In this document: one piece after another, positions 26,501 through 39,975 of the stretch
Layout: every line of letters starts with the position of its first letter
Numbering within the stretch: position 1 is the stretch's first letter
NCBI RefSeq assembly: GCF_963921235.1
Contig: NC_086097.1
Coordinates: 112,780,001 to 112,844,000 of the forward strand
DNA length: 64,000 nt
Source of the DNA: Mobula hypostoma
Taxonomy: Eukaryota
Direction of reading: 5' to 3'
Made by a program: the position numbers and the translations under genes
Notes under the pieces: generated by a model
What the model saw: the letters and a program-made list of their open reading frames with translations, nothing else
What the model was told of the DNA's origin: nothing
Databases searched by the model: none

Positions 26501-26857
26501 GTCTGGTTCACTGATGCCTTGGTCCCCACACTCCAGTTCAACTCATTGAGACCCCTCAAGCTGACCAAGCTCCTATAAACTTACTGATTTCACTAGGAAA
26601 TTAAATACCATGTAACACCTAAACAATCAATTAAAAATGGGTTAGTGTATCAATATGAATAACACCCAGCAGACTGGAAGATCTGAGCATTTGGCACTAC
26701 AGAAGTCTGATCATGCCAGATTACTGGAGTTTCACTGTTTTATGTATCTGAATGTTTACAGTGCATCCCTTAAGTGAGTAGCGAGCAAAATCTCCTGCTG
26801 CATTTGTGAACTCAACAAACTGTTCCTTTGGCCAAGCCAGCAGTAAAATTTATATAC

Positions 26858-27465
26858 AAGCCAGAGGAAATCTGCAGATGCTGGAAATCTGAGCCACATA
26901 CACACACAAAATGCTGGAGGAACTCAGCAGGCCAGGCAGCATCTATGGAAAAAGTACAGTTGACGTTTCAGACCAAAACCCTTCAGCAGGACTGCAGGGA
27001 AAAAGCCGAGGAGTAGATTTGAAAGGTGCGGGAGGGGAGAGAGAAACGCCAGGCGATAGGTGAAACTTGGAGGGGGACGGATGAAGCAAAGAGCTGGAAA
27101 GTTGTTTGGTGAAAGAGACAGAAGGCCATGGGAAAAAAATGGTGGGGGAGGAGAAGCAGAGGGAGGTGATTGGTAGGCAAGGAGAAAACATGAGAGAGGG
27201 ATAAGGGGATGGGAAATGGTGAACAGGGTGGAGGGGAGTCATTATTGGAAGTTTGAGAAATTGATATCCATGCCATCAGGTTGGAGGCTACCCAGATGGA
27301 ATATAAGGTATTGTTCTTCCAGCCTAAGTGTGGCCTCATCCTGACAGTGGAGGTGGCCATGGATGGACATATCGGAATGGGAATGGGAAGTGGAATTAAA
27401 ATGGGTGGCCACTGGGAGATCCCACTTGTTCTGACAGATGAAGCGTAGATGCTCGTTGAAACAGT
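26858..27465 (-). mobile_element. Penelope-like element 3' fragment (GIY-YIG end + terminal repeat)
   Basis: The minus strand encodes ATLRLEEQYLIFHLGSLQPDGMDINFSNF, the C-terminus typical of this family. Hammerhead-like motif at 26956-26994. Confidence 0.75.
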
Positions 27466-27619
27466 TTCACGTTGGGTGAAATGTATTTACTTTAGTAAGC
27501 TCAGTATAAGTGAGTTGTGATTACTATAGTCATAGAATTGTGCAGCTTGCACACAAGCTCTGTGGCTCAACTTGCCCTTGCAGATCATGGCGCCAACCAA
27601 ACTAATCCCACTTGCTCAC

Positions 27620-28055
27620 ATTCAAATTTCAAAGTAAATTTATTATCAAAGTACGTATGTGTCACCACATACTACCCCGAGATTCATTTTCTTGCAGTCA
27701 TTCACATTCACAGTAGAAGAAAGAAATACAATGGAATCAACAAAAAAGCACACACAAAAACTATCAAGCAGCCAACGTGTAAAAGAAAACAAACCGTGCA
27801 AATACAAAGAAAGGTAAATAAATAATACAGAGAAAATGAGTTGTAGACTCATTGAAAGTGAGTCCGTAGACAGCCGAATCAATTCAGAGTTAAGGTGAGT
27901 GAAGTTATCCATGCTGGTTCAGAAGTCTGATGGTTGAAAGGTAATAACTGCTGCTGAACATGGTAGTGTGGGGCCTAAGGCTCATTCCCAATGGCAACAG
28001 TGAGAAGCGAGCACTTTTCTTGTGGCAGCAATCCTTGTAAATGTGCTTCGTGGTG
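27620..28055 (-). mobile_element. Rex1/Babar-type LINE 3' end/UTR
   Basis: Same 3' UTR as other copies (tcaaagtaaatttattatcaaagtac...ctgatggttgaaaggtaataactg). Confidence 0.65.
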
Positions 28056-28391
28056 GGCATATGTCAGTCACTATGCAAATTAAGAAAGCAGCACATTGGG
28101 AAAATGCTAAACTAATCCAGTAAAGTCATCACAGACTCATGAAGGAGAACAAATTTATTAGAGGTTCCTGAGGAGGTCTCGACCAGAGGCATAGAGGAGA
28201 ACCAGGAGATGCATTGCACTTGAATTTCCAGAAGACATTTGACTAAGTGTCTCACAGTAGCTTAAGTCACAAGATAAGAACACATTGTGTTGGAGATAAT
28301 ATATTGGCAATGGATAGAGGACTGGATAACAGGCAGGATGGATATAGAAGTCATTTCAGGCTGGCGACCTCTACTCTAACCATAGAAATCA

Positions 28392-29090
28392 GTCACCGAA
28401 AGTAAGCATGCAGGTACAGCAGGCAGTGAAGAAAGCTAATGGCATGTTGGCCTTCATAACAAGGGGAGTTGAGTATAGGAGCAAAGAGGTCCTTCTGCAG
28501 TTGTACAGGGCCCTGGTGAGACCACACCTGGACTATTGTGTACAGTTTTGGTCTCCAAATTTGAGGAAGGACATTCTAGCTATTGAGGGAGTGCAGCGTA
28601 GGATCACGAGGTTAATTCCCGGGATGGCGGGACTGTCATATGTTGAAAGATTGGAGCAACTGGGGTTGTATACGCTGGAATTTAGAAGGATGAGAGGGAA
28701 TCTGATTGAAATATATAAGATTATCAAGGGATTGGACACGCTAGAGGCAGGAAACATGTTCCCGATGTTGGGGGAGTCCAGAACCAGAGTCCACAGTTTA
28801 GGAATAAGGGGTAGACAATTTAGAACGGAGTTGAGGAAAAACTTTTTCACACAGAGGGTTGTGGTTCTGTGGAATGCTCTGCCTCAGAAGGCAGTGGAGG
28901 CCAATTCTCTGGATTTTTTCACGAAAGAGTTAGATAGAGCTCTTAAAGATAGCGGAGTGAAGGGATATGGGGAGAAGGCAGGAAAAGGGTACTGATTGTG
29001 GATGATCAGCCATGATCACAGTGGATGCTGGTGCTGTCTCAAAGGGCTGAATGGCCTACTCCTGCACCTATTGTCTATTGTCTATTGTCT
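28392..29090 (+). mobile_element. Young CR1 LINE 3' fragment, related to 12411-13567 and in opposite orientation
   Basis: ORF 28408..28995 (VQQAVKKANGMLAFI...LELYTLEFRR-like). (CTATTGT)n tail. AAATCA on both flanks. Confidence 0.9.
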
Positions 29091-29389
29091 AAATCAATAC
29101 TGGGATTGTAGCTGCTTACAATACATGTCAAAGACCAGGAGAAGGAAATGTGAAAAAACGCAAAACTGTGAATGTCTTAACTATAGGTGGGAAGGGAAGC
29201 TGTGAGGAGGACACAAACTGTTTATACAGTAGAATTGATAGGTTAAGTAAATAAGCCAAAATTGGGCAAACAGTTTAATGGAGAAAAATGTATATTACAT
29301 CTTGGAAAGATGCATAATACATATTCATTAATGGAGAAAAACTATCGAAAATTAAAACAATAGGATTTGGGGATCATTTCAAATGAAGA

Positions 29390-29710
29390 TTAAGGATTAG
29401 CTTTATTTGTCACATGTACATTGAAACATACAGTGAAATGCGTCATTTGTGTCGAATAAAACCTGTGAAGATCGTGCTGGGTAGCCCACCAGTGTCACCA
29501 CGCTTTTGGCACCAACATAGTATGCCCATAACTCACCAACCCTAACAGTACATCCTTGGAATTTTGAAGGAAACCGGAGCACCCGGAGGAAACCCATATG
29601 ACCATGGGAAGAATGTACAAACTCCTTACAGGCAGTAGTGGGAATTGAAACTCAATGGGTCATCACCAGTTCTGAAATAGCTTTATCACAACCCCATGCT
29701 ACTGTGCCCC
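29390..29710 (-). mobile_element. V-SINE with LINE-derived tail
   Basis: ggaaaccggagcacccggaggaaaccca is the reverse complement of the V-SINE core. Confidence 0.7.
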
Positions 29711-30409
29711 CCCCCACTCCTTTCCCCACTTTTTATGATTTATGGTTTAATGCATCTTAGCACAATAGAGTTTTGTACTCGGTAGATGTTAGAAGTGCTA
29801 GGAGATGAGTCATTTCCCAGAAACACAGAAAAGGAGTACACAGGTACCATAGGTTATAAGGAAAAGTAATTGAACATTAGCCTTCAAGAAGATATAAGAG
29901 GAAGGTTTCACTGCAACTAGTGAGAATTATCTATTAAGAACAATCCATTTCAGGAAAGATATAATTTTACTGAAGGCATTTCAGTGACGTTTCATGAGGA
30001 TGATTTGTGTAAGAATGGGTTGTACTACAATGAAAAGTTAAACAGATTGGGAGTCAGAGGATTGTGCGTCTCTGAATGCCTTGCCATAGATTTCTGAGGC
30101 AGAACCTTTTGTAGATGTAAGGCTAAAATGGATCTTTAATTAGTGCAAGAATCAGCAATCATGGGGAATGAGCAGGAATTTGGACCTGAGGAATATCAAA
30201 TCAGCCAGGACCAGGTAAGTGGTGAACTACACTCAAGTGCCTGAATGGCCGACTCCTGTTCCCACCTCTTATGATCTTATGCTATTTTAGTAGCGTACAG
30301 ATTTGTGCCCTGCAGATGTTAGAAGTGCTGTGAGATGAGCCGTTTTCCAGCGAGTACACAGTCTCTGACCTATTCTTGCAGAGACAATATTTATATCTTG
30401 GTTTAGTTA

Positions 30410-30980
30410 TGTTTCAGAACCTTACAAGCTCTGGTATGATTACGCTCGGAGCACTGCGTGCTGCATACAGATTTGGTATTTATATTTAAGGAAGGATATG
30501 CTTGCTTTAGAGATCGTTCGCAGAAGGTTTATTCAGTTGATGCTTTGGTTGAACAGGTGTGACACATGATGAGGGGTTGAGAAGGTTGGTTCTCACTGAG
30601 CTATGGAAATCTGAGAGTGATCTTCTTGAAACACACAGGATTCTGAAGGGGACTGACAGAGCTCATGTTGATAGAAAGCTTCCTGTAGTGAGTATATCTA
30701 GAACTAGCTTCAAAATCAGTGGTTGTCCTTTAAGTACAAGATCAGCATGTTTCTTTTTCTTAAAGCATTGCAACTGTGGAATTCTTTACACCAGGAAACT
30801 GTGGAGGTCAGTAATTGAATATATTTGCAGCAAGAATTGACAGATACTTGTACAAGGGAATTGAAGGTTTAAGAAAAGCACAGGGAAGTGACATGAAGCC
30901 AAAAATGCATTGACCATCATTTTATTGAAAGGCAGAGGAAGCTCTTAGGGCTAAACAGTCTTATCATTCTTTCTTATAAA
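30410..30980 (+). mobile_element. Old CR1 LINE 3' fragment
   Basis: ORF 30559..30840 has a DLLETHRILKG.DR motif, plus a decayed 3' end. Confidence 0.6.
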
Positions 30981-31321
30981 CTATATAGCAAATAAACTAC
31001 ATACTATGGATCACTATTTATTGTGTTTTGCAATCTGTTGTGTGAATTTTTTTTAGAATACCCATGGTAGCACTCTCTTTCGACAATGTCTTTGACCTGA
31101 AACATGAACTCTGATTTTCTTTCCACAAATCCAGCCTGACCTGCTGTGTGCTTCCAGCACTCCATGTTTTTATTCGAGTGCTTTGGCATCTACAGCTTGA
31201 TTTTCATTTTTTTTTACTGGCTAATTGTGAGTTCACCTTAAACAATTATCTACCTCAACATCACACCTTTTATAATGTAGTCACCAAGAGCATAGAGGAT
31301 TGCACTTAACCCCCTAAAAAG

Positions 31322-31825
31322 TTCAGAATTCGAAGCGTATTCTATTATCAGAGTACATACATGTCACCATGTATAACGCTGAGATTCATTTTCTTGTGGG
31401 CATACTCAATGAATCTATGGAGTAGTAACAATAACAGAATCGATGAATGTCCGCGTAATGAGGGCTTTCAACCAGAGTGTAGGAGACAACAAACTGCAAA
31501 AGCAAAAAGAAGAAGCAATAACATAAATAAATAAGCAATAAATATCAAGAACATGACATGAAGTGTCATTGAAGGTGAGTCATTGTGGGAACATTTCAAT
31601 GATGCTGTAAGTGAAGTTGAGTGAAGTTATTCCCTTTATTCAAGAGCATGAAGGTTGAGGGGTAATAGCTGTTCCTGGACCTGATGGTGTGAGTCCTGGG
31701 GCTTTTGTATCTTCATCTTGATGGCAGAAGTGAGAAGAGAGCACATCCTGGATGGTGGGGCTCCCTGATGATGGATGCTACTCTCCTGTGACAACGTTTC
31801 ATGTCGATGTGCTCAATGGTTGGGT
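31322..31825 (-). mobile_element. Rex1/Babar-type LINE 3' fragment
   Basis: gatggcagaagtgagaagagagcacatcctggatggtggggctccctgatgatggatgc motif plus UTR. Confidence 0.65.
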
Positions 31826-32124
31826 GTAACAAGCTTTTCAATAACTCAGAGATAACCTCATGAAACTTAATCATCTCCAACTAAGGAAATAGCAGTTACC
31901 GAGTCATTTCACTGTAAGCGTTTGATTGGACAAAATAATATCCATATGTTCTGCAGTGTAGGGAAAAAAGATAAACAAGGTCTTAGGATATTTTAATTTC
32001 AATGTTTCTAACCTTGTTGGAAATTGGGGATGGAGCAATGAAAAGAACTTCAAGGGGAGTCTAATAAAAATGGATTTGCAACTCCTGAACTTTACAGCCA
32101 CATATCAGAAAAAATCAGATAGTG

Positions 32125-33835
32125 AAACACATGCAAACTGCTGGAGAAACTCAGCTGGTCAGGCAGCATCTATGGAGGGGAATAAACAGTTGACTTTTTG
32201 GGCAGAGACCCCTCACCAGGACTGGAAAGGAAGGGGGAAGAAGCCAGAATAAGAAGGTGGAGTGGGGAGGGAAAGGAGTACAAGCTGGCAGGTGATAGGT
32301 GAAACAGGTGAGGGGAAAGGCGGGTGGGTCGGCAGTAAGAAGCTGGGAGGTGATAGATGGAAAAGGTAAAGGTCTGGCAAAGAAGGAATCTAATAGGAGA
32401 GGGTGGTGGAGCATGGGGGAAAGGGAAGGAGGAGGGGAACCAAAGAGAGGTGAGGAGAAAGGTGGGAGGTTAACCAGAATGGAGAATAAGATAAAGAGAA
32501 GTGAGGAGGGAGGAGTGATTATCAGAAGTTGGAGAAATCGATGTTCACACTATCAGGTTGGAGGCTACCCAGATAGACTATGAAGCTCTGCTCCTCCATG
32601 AGTTTTGCCTTGTTGTGGCAGTAGAAGATGTCCTGGAGGGACGTGCCAGAAAGGGAATGGGAAGTCAATTTGACCGAGCTTGCCTTTTGCAGTGGACAGA
32701 ATGATGATGCTTGATGAAGTAGTCCATGGTTGGGGTTAAGACTGTGTTGGGTACCAGCAATGTAGAGGAGGGCACGTGCTGAGCACCAACAGACACACCG
32801 TGAGGTGTCACTACACCTGGAAAGACTGCTTCGGTGTCTCAACGGTGTTGAAGGAGGAGCTGTAGGAGTAGGTTTAGCACTTGCTATGTGTCTCCCATCC
32901 ACTACATAATGTACTGGGTGGGCACAGGAGTACATTCAGCCAGAGACTCATTCCACCGAGATGCAGCACAGAGCGTCATAGGAAGTCATTCCTGCCTGTG
33001 GCCATCAAACTTTACAACTCCTCCCTTGGAGGGTCAGACACCCTGAGCCAATAGGCTGGTCCTGGACTTATTTCCTGGCATAATTTACATATTAGTATTT
33101 AATTATTTATGGGTTTATTACTATTTATTATTTATGGTGCAACTGTAAGGAAAAGCAATTTCCCCAGGGATCTATAAAGTATGACTATGACTATGGATAA
33201 GTGCTGGGAAGTGAGATTAGTGGGTAGAGACGAGTGGACAAGGAAATCACATAGAAAGTGATCCCCATTGAAAGGGTGGGGAGGAGGGAAAGGTGTGCCT
33301 GGTGGTGGGAGCCCATCGGAAGTGGCAGAAGTTCTGGAAAATAATGCACTGGATATGGAGTTAGGTAAGGGCAAGGGGAAGTGGGAGGATGAGGTGAAGG
33401 CAGAAAGGTGGAGGAGATGTGTGTGTGTGAGAGCAGTATTGATTGAGACAGAAGGAAAGTCCCATGCTTTGAAAGAATAGAAGACATTCAGATGTTCCAT
33501 AATGGAAAGACTCATCCTGAGAACAGATACATCATAGAAAGAAGGAATGGGAGATGGAAAAGGCATTTTTGCCCAAGGGGCGGCATGTGATATAGTGAAA
33601 ATAGCTATGAGAGCCAGTAGGTTTCTAAAAGGTATCAGTGGATAGTCTGTCTCCAGAGACAGAGACAGAGACAAAGAGATGAAGAGAAGTGTCAGAGAAG
33701 GGCCAAGTCTATTTGAGGGCAGGGTAGAAGTTGAAGACAAAATTGACGAAATTGAAGAGCTCAGCATGGGTGCAGGAAGAAGCACCAATGCAGTTGGCGA
33801 TGTAGCAGAGAAAGAGTTGAGGAGCATTACCAGTG
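32125..33835 (-). mobile_element. Decayed Penelope-like element (RT to terminus), interrupted at ~32936-33195 by a LINE 3' end
   Basis: Minus-strand remnants of the RT thumb region, YLGSLQPDSVNIDFSNF, and the terminal repeat with a decayed hammerhead at 32187-32224. Confidence 0.65.
32936..33195 (+). mobile_element. LINE 3' end with (ACTATG)n tail
   Basis: Encodes SQRLIPPRCSTERHRKSFLPVAIKLYN, followed by gggatctataaagtatgactatgactatg. Confidence 0.6.
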
Positions 33836-36079
33836 TAAGACAGTATTCTGAGGTGCAGTTCTATATTGTACTGCTATGAATTTATCAAAACTGAAAAAAA
33901 TTGCATCATTACTGGTGTTCTGAAGTTTATAACAGTCCTTGCAATACTGGTGGGGAAGTCACAGGTAGGGGACCTCCCATCAGACTGACTGCCCCTGCTA
34001 CATTGTGCTCCAGAATGTTGCCATGCTGTCACTCGTCCTGTCTGGCTGGCCATGGGGGAATTCAGTCATCTCTCTTCTTTTCCTTGTAGCTCTTGTTGAG
34101 ACTTGAGCAAAGCACAGCAACGTTGCAATGGCAGCTTGTATTCAGCCTTCCTGAGAAAGTGGTATATCAAGTCAACTGATGCTGGAGACGAGCGGTATTT
34201 GTTTTACATTTCGATATTCCTTTCAGCCTCAGTGTTGGCATCTAGTTTTCCATTTGAGAGTTTTAATTAACGGCCCTGTTTGGCCTAGCATTTATTGTTT
34301 GTTGTCCCTTAAAATCATGTTTGCATTAAAGACTGTGAACTATCGACCTGCTTCAGTGTCTCTCACTCTCCGCACTTGGGTCACATCTGAATGTAGTGAT
34401 ACTGTAGTTACAATTTCTCTTTAAAAAGTCACAAAATTTTGTGGAATCACAGTTCGGATCAAAACAAAATGACTTAGAAATCATTCAGATTAAATTTCAT
34501 TCTCGGAAAAACAAAACGATTTTCAGTTGCAACACGATGAAAAAACCTGCATATATGTGATAGATTTTCCAAGCACTTTCTGATTTAAATTCCCATATTC
34601 ACCATATATGGAAAAACACCACTTCACGCAAATTAGGAAGTATTGATTTCAGATTTCTCAGCAGTTATTTTTTATCTTTGCTCGGCTGCAATGAAAACAC
34701 TTCTATGTTGAATCAAATTTTAAAACTAGCACTTAGCAATTTTTTTGTACCTGTGTGTTCTTTGGTGCCTGAAATCCACTCGTCACACAAAGTTGAAATC
34801 TGGCTTTCATTTCTTCCATATCTTTTATATAGTTATACAATATTTTTAGATATAAACAGAACACTCACGGTAAAATTTTTATTACAAGGAATAGGTTTGG
34901 TGCAAGCCAAATCAACCAGTCAGGTCAGACCTTACAGGGCAGAAACACTATTGTGCTGGTCCAGGGAAGATTGGGATTTTGAGATCAAGGCAGGATTGGC
35001 CAGTGATGTGGAACTGTAGCCTAGGTCATACTGTGCAAAGTGCTGGAGGGCAGGGAAGTAACTGCAAAATGTTCACTTGGGATCATTCACAGTCAAAATC
35101 CAATCGGGGCAAGTGTTATATCTTGCCTATATGGGCACATGGTTATTGTGGAAGCATAAGTGAACAATGTATTTGGAGCAACCTGATCTCACTCACTAAG
35201 TTACTGGTACAGAGATTAACATCACATGGCACTTTAGTGGTCAGCAGCATGGAATAATGGTGTCTAACCACATGAATAAGAACTCTAGCATAGACCTTCG
35301 TCAGTACCCATTCTCATAGAGGTACGTTTATATTTTTGGTCCAGAGTAATCAGATGCAGATTTTGATGTAGCTGGCTGTGGAAGAAAGTTGATGTTGATA
35401 CACCAATAGATATTTGGACCATTGGAAAGACGGCCAAAGAGCTTGCAGATGATGCTACCTGGCATATAAAAGTAAATCTCCTAGAATACATTGATCTGAG
35501 CCAAGTTGGGAGCCCAGCCATGGTTTCATTCCTCCAGTTAAAGCCCACTGTGAGAATTACTTGCACACTGCTATCTAATCCATGTGTCGTCAAAGTGAGA
35601 ATTGCACGCTGTTTGACAAGATTGTGCCCTGCTCAGTAGCCTCATGTCCATAGGTATCGTAGCTGGAGGACCAACAACAACAAATGCAGACGTTCCACTT
35701 CTACACTAAGAACCTTTGCTACTCATCTGCAAACAAGAAATATTACAGGAAACAAGAGGATTTCTATCTCCTTATTCTAGTCTGATACCTCTACACTCAG
35801 ATCATTAAGCAATCAATAGAACCAGAATCAGTCGTTCAAATAATAACACCTCTGCATTAGATTTACTTGCTCAGTCAGTTGCTTTTTCTGCTCCAGTAAT
35901 TAAATTAATGGGTGTATTTCCAACGGGCTCTGCGCATATTTATTTAAATCACAATTCAGCAAAACTTGGTTCAGAATATCTGGGCTACAGTAAAGCATGT
36001 TTTTTAAAAAAATTGCTTGTGAAGGATGAAAGCCATCCTAACATATTCTAAAAATATTCCTTCTGGCATTGTTACTCAC

Positions 36080-36151
36080 CTCCACATGTCCTCTTGACGG
36101 GAGAGGAAATGAGTTGTGCATTCGTTCATTACACTCAATATCAATCCTTCA
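36080..36151 (-). CDS. RIMS2: Candidate 72-nt phase-2/2 cassette exon or alternative first exon of RIMS2
   Basis: Possible acceptor tgcctcttatgcatacAG, open frame xEGLILSVMNECTTHFLSRQEDMW-R, near-consensus donor GAG|GTGAGT. An ATG at 36129 is in frame. No homology support. Confidence 0.3.
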
Positions 36152-36324
36152 CTGTATGCATAAGAGGCACACAGTATGATGCAACATCAAACAAGCAGCA
36201 CTACCATTTTCTTTCTTCTGTCCCACATAGCCCACGTCCTCCTCTTACCTCCTATGAGCTGGTCTAAATGGCTTCTTTTATAAAGGATCATGATCTTAGC
36301 AACAGTTTGCATTAGACCTCTCAA

Positions 36325-36572
36325 AACACCTTAGAACGGAGATGAGGAGGAATTCCTTCAGCCAGAGAATGGTGAATCTCTGGACTTCGAGGCCAAGTCA
36401 TTGGGTATATTTAAGGCAGAGGTTGATAGATTCTTGATTAGTCAGGGATGAAGAGATAAGGGGAGAAGATGGCAGGCTGGGGCTGAGAAGAAAATGAATC
36501 AGCCTTGGTGAAATGCTGGTGTAAACTCAATGGGCCAAATGGACTAATTCTGCTCCTATATCTTATGGTCTT
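36325..36572 (+). mobile_element. CR1 LINE 3' end
   Basis: ttagaacggagatgaggaggaattccttcagccagagaatggtgaatct...ctcctatatcttatggtctt. Confidence 0.75.
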
Positions 36573-37547
36573 AAGTAACATCAATCTACTCTCAAAAATC
36601 CTTTAACTCATATTGGAGAACTGATGTTCCACCAGTTCCTGTGGGTGGACCATGTCATCTTCATGTCTAGCACAAAATTCCTGAAGCAGGTATTCTCACT
36701 GGCGCCCCATCACTGTAAGCTGTTTTCAGGAGGACGGAGAATGAATTTTAACCATATTGCAGTATGGAGCAGTACCATGTAGGTTGTGTCTTCAATGTTC
36801 AACACGATTTCTATCTCAATTGCACAAAATGAATAGAAGGTCACTGTGCTGGGAAGAAAGTTAACGCAGACACCATTAAGCAGGATATTCTGTTGCATCA
36901 TTCCAAAAAAACATTTGCGTGGAGTTGACAATCTCTCGTGCTCTTGAGCAGTCTCTTGGATTTAAGGATGACATGTTTCTGCTGCACGTCCATAGACTTG
37001 GAGATGCAGGTGAGTCCTTTGTGTGACACATAGGCTCTGTCACAGGTCTGGACTGGTGCTGATTAGGTAAGTGGATTGATTGACGTGTTGTGTTTCCTTT
37101 TGACTGCTCTGTACATGCCCTCTATGTGTTCCTGTTGTGGACAGTGAAGATGGTTAGGACCTCCTGAATGTTTGTACTCCACTTTGAGTGGCCACAGGGC
37201 AGGCATTCCCTTGAGTCTCGAGAAAGGTGGTTACAATTCATCAAGGAAACTTTGTGAATGCCCTTAAGATGCATCTTCCGTCCTCCTAGAAACTGCCTGG
37301 AGTGATGGAGCACCAGTGAGAGTACAGTACTTGCTTCAGAAGTCTGGGGTCAGACATGCAAATGAATTGGACCACCCACAGGAACTGGTGGACCATCAGT
37401 TCTCAATTCTGACCAGTGGTTGAAAGGATTTTTGAGAGAGTATGTTGATGTTACTTCTCCAATGCTTTAAGAGGTCTACTGCAGTGACAAGAAAAATTCC
37501 TGCAAGCAGCAACGTGCTCCATGCAGCTCACCGTGATTAACCCCACA

Positions 37548-37895
37548 AGGTGGCAGTGTGGCACAGTCAGCAGAACAGCTGTCTCATAGCTACAGAGAGG
37601 TGAGTTCAATCCCTGACTTCAGCTGCTCGCTGTGAAGAACTTGCTCATCACTATGGGTGCTCGAGTTTAACCCACATTCCAAAGACATACGTATTTGTAA
37701 GTTAACTGCCCCTCATGTAGATAGAATCTGGGAAGGTGAGGGTGAGTGAGTGGAGGGGGTTGGGAGAGTTGAGGGGGTTGTGAAGAAAATAAAATGGGAT
37801 TAGCAGGGGATTAACGTGAAAGGGTGGCCAGTGGTAGGTCTTTACCCAATGGGCTGAAAGGGCTGTTTTTGGGTTGCATCTCTCCACAACTCCAT
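37548..37895 (+). mobile_element. Decayed V-SINE
   Basis: tRNA-like head, cccacattccaaagac core and CR1-like tail. Confidence 0.5.
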
Positions 37896-37997
37896 GAAGA
37901 CAGCTTCAACTTTATCAAATGAGAGGGATTATGGAGAGTTGTTGACAAATGGGGTTATCATCAACAATTTGTTACCATTCTAAGCCTGCTACATGGT

Positions 37998-38225
37998 AAG
38001 ACCATAAGATATAAGAGCATATTCAGTCCTCTTTGCCCTTTGAGTCTGCTCTACCATTTCATCACGGCTGATCCATTTTCCCTTTTAGCTCTAATATCCT
38101 GCCTTCCCCCTCACCCCTTTTCCCGTCGTGCCCTGACCAATACATAAAGACTTGGCCTCCACAGTTGCCTGTGGCAATGAATTCCACAGATTCGACACTC
38201 TCTGGCTGAAGAAATTCTTCCTCGT
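37998..38225 (-). mobile_element. CR1 LINE 3' end
   Basis: RKNFFSQRVSNLWNSLPQATVEA motif plus tail. Confidence 0.75.
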
Positions 38226-39374
38226 GATTACAAAGCAGCTAAGATTCCAACTGATATGTTCACCACAGGCAGTTTGGGGTGTAGCAGTATTGGGCATCAT
38301 CTCACCAAAGTGTTCCTCAATCTTTGTTGCAATACTTCACCTCACCTCTAATGAACTCCTTATCCAACTGGGGCCTTCAATCTACTTCACTGAGGAAGCA
38401 AGGCCACCCCACCCCATCCTCGGTCATTCCAGTTAAAGTATAGAGTCAACGTTTGCACATATGCTGGTTATTCATCCTGTCCTACAATGACAGGAAAGGT
38501 GTGCAGGAGAGTTTTTAGAGTGGAAAAGCCATTTTGCCAGGGCATTCCCAGTCTCTCAACCTCAGAAGTCTGGGACCAGTGGTAATAGCAAGTGTCACAA
38601 ATTGGGGTCTTCCTAGGTTGCACTGGATGACCGTGATGTCTTCTACGTCTTGTCAATATGACAGGAGCAGCTGGAAGTCACATGAGCCCTCAAGTCCACC
38701 CCAGCATTTAGTAAGATCATGGCTGACACAACTGTAATCTCTGCTCTGCCTTACAATTACCAATGGTAACCTTTCACCCTCTTACTTACTAAATATCTAT
38801 TTATAGCTGCCTTAAGAACATTCAGTGGCTTTCTTTTCACTGCCTTTGATGAAGAACGTTTGTAAACGGCACAATCCCTGAGAGAAATAAAAGACATCTC
38901 ATTGCTGCCTTAAATAGGCAACCTTTTATTTCTAAATGGTGACTCCAGTATTTGATTCTGCGGCAAGAGGAAATTCCTCTATGCAAGCACCTTGTCAAGA
39001 CCCCTCAGTATCTTAAGCATTTTGATCAAGTCTCCTCTCATTCTCCCAAACTTTAGCATTTTGAAGCCTGGCCTATTCAACATTTCCTCAAGTCCTGCTA
39101 CCCCATTCTACGTATATGTCTGATGAATCTCTTCTGGGCTACATTCATTGAGTTTACATCCAGGATAGCAATATCGTATTCAACATATGGCCTCACTAAT
39201 GTCCATGTTATTGAAGGACACAGATTTGCTATCTTTGTATTCCATTTCCTCTGCTGATAAACAGCAATATTCTTTCAGCCTGTCTAATTGCTGGTCACAT
39301 CTGTGGATGAAAGTTTTGAGATTCAAGCATCAGAACACTCAAATCTTCCTGCATCTCAAAGATCAACAATCTCT

Positions 39375-39975
39375 CAATTTTGAGAAACTTCTCTAGATGC
39401 ACAGTGGAGAGTATCCTGACTGGTTCGGCCAGGGTCTGGTATAGAAACACCAATGACCAAGAACAGAGAAGTCTACAGAAAGTGATGGATACAGCCCAGT
39501 CCATCATTGTAAAAGCCGTCTCTACCACTGAGCACGTCTACAAAGAAAACTACCACTAGAAAGCAGCATCAATCATCAAGAGCCCCTAGCATACAGGCTA
39601 TGCTCTCTTCTCGCTGCTGTGATCAGGAAAGTGGTACAGGAGCCTTAGGTTCCACAACACCAGATTCAGGAACTATTATCCTTCAACCATCAGACTCCTG
39701 AACCAGCGTGGGTAACTTCACTCACCTCTGATTCCACAACCTACAGACTCACTTTCAAGAACTCTACAACTCATGTTCTCAGTATTAGATTCTTATTTAT
39801 TAATATTATTTAAATATTTGTACTGCTTGTCTTCTTTTGCACATTGGTTGTACGTCGGTCTTTGTGTGTACTTGCTCATTGATTCTGTTGTGTTTATTTG
39901 TTCTACTGTGAATGCCCGAAAGAAAATGAATCTCAAGGTGACATATATGTACTTTAGCGATAAATTGAACTTTGC
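39375..39975 (+). mobile_element. Rex1/Babar-type LINE 3' fragment
   Basis: CTVESILTG..VWYRN...LQKVMDTAQSII motif plus 3' UTR. Confidence 0.75.

Larger units (their letters stand above)
28070..30285 (+). mobile_element. Old, decayed CR1 LINE hosting younger insertions
   Basis: Remnants of LDFQKTFD, WIEDWIT and CEED motifs, with a CR1-type 3' end at ~30240-30285. Confidence 0.55.
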
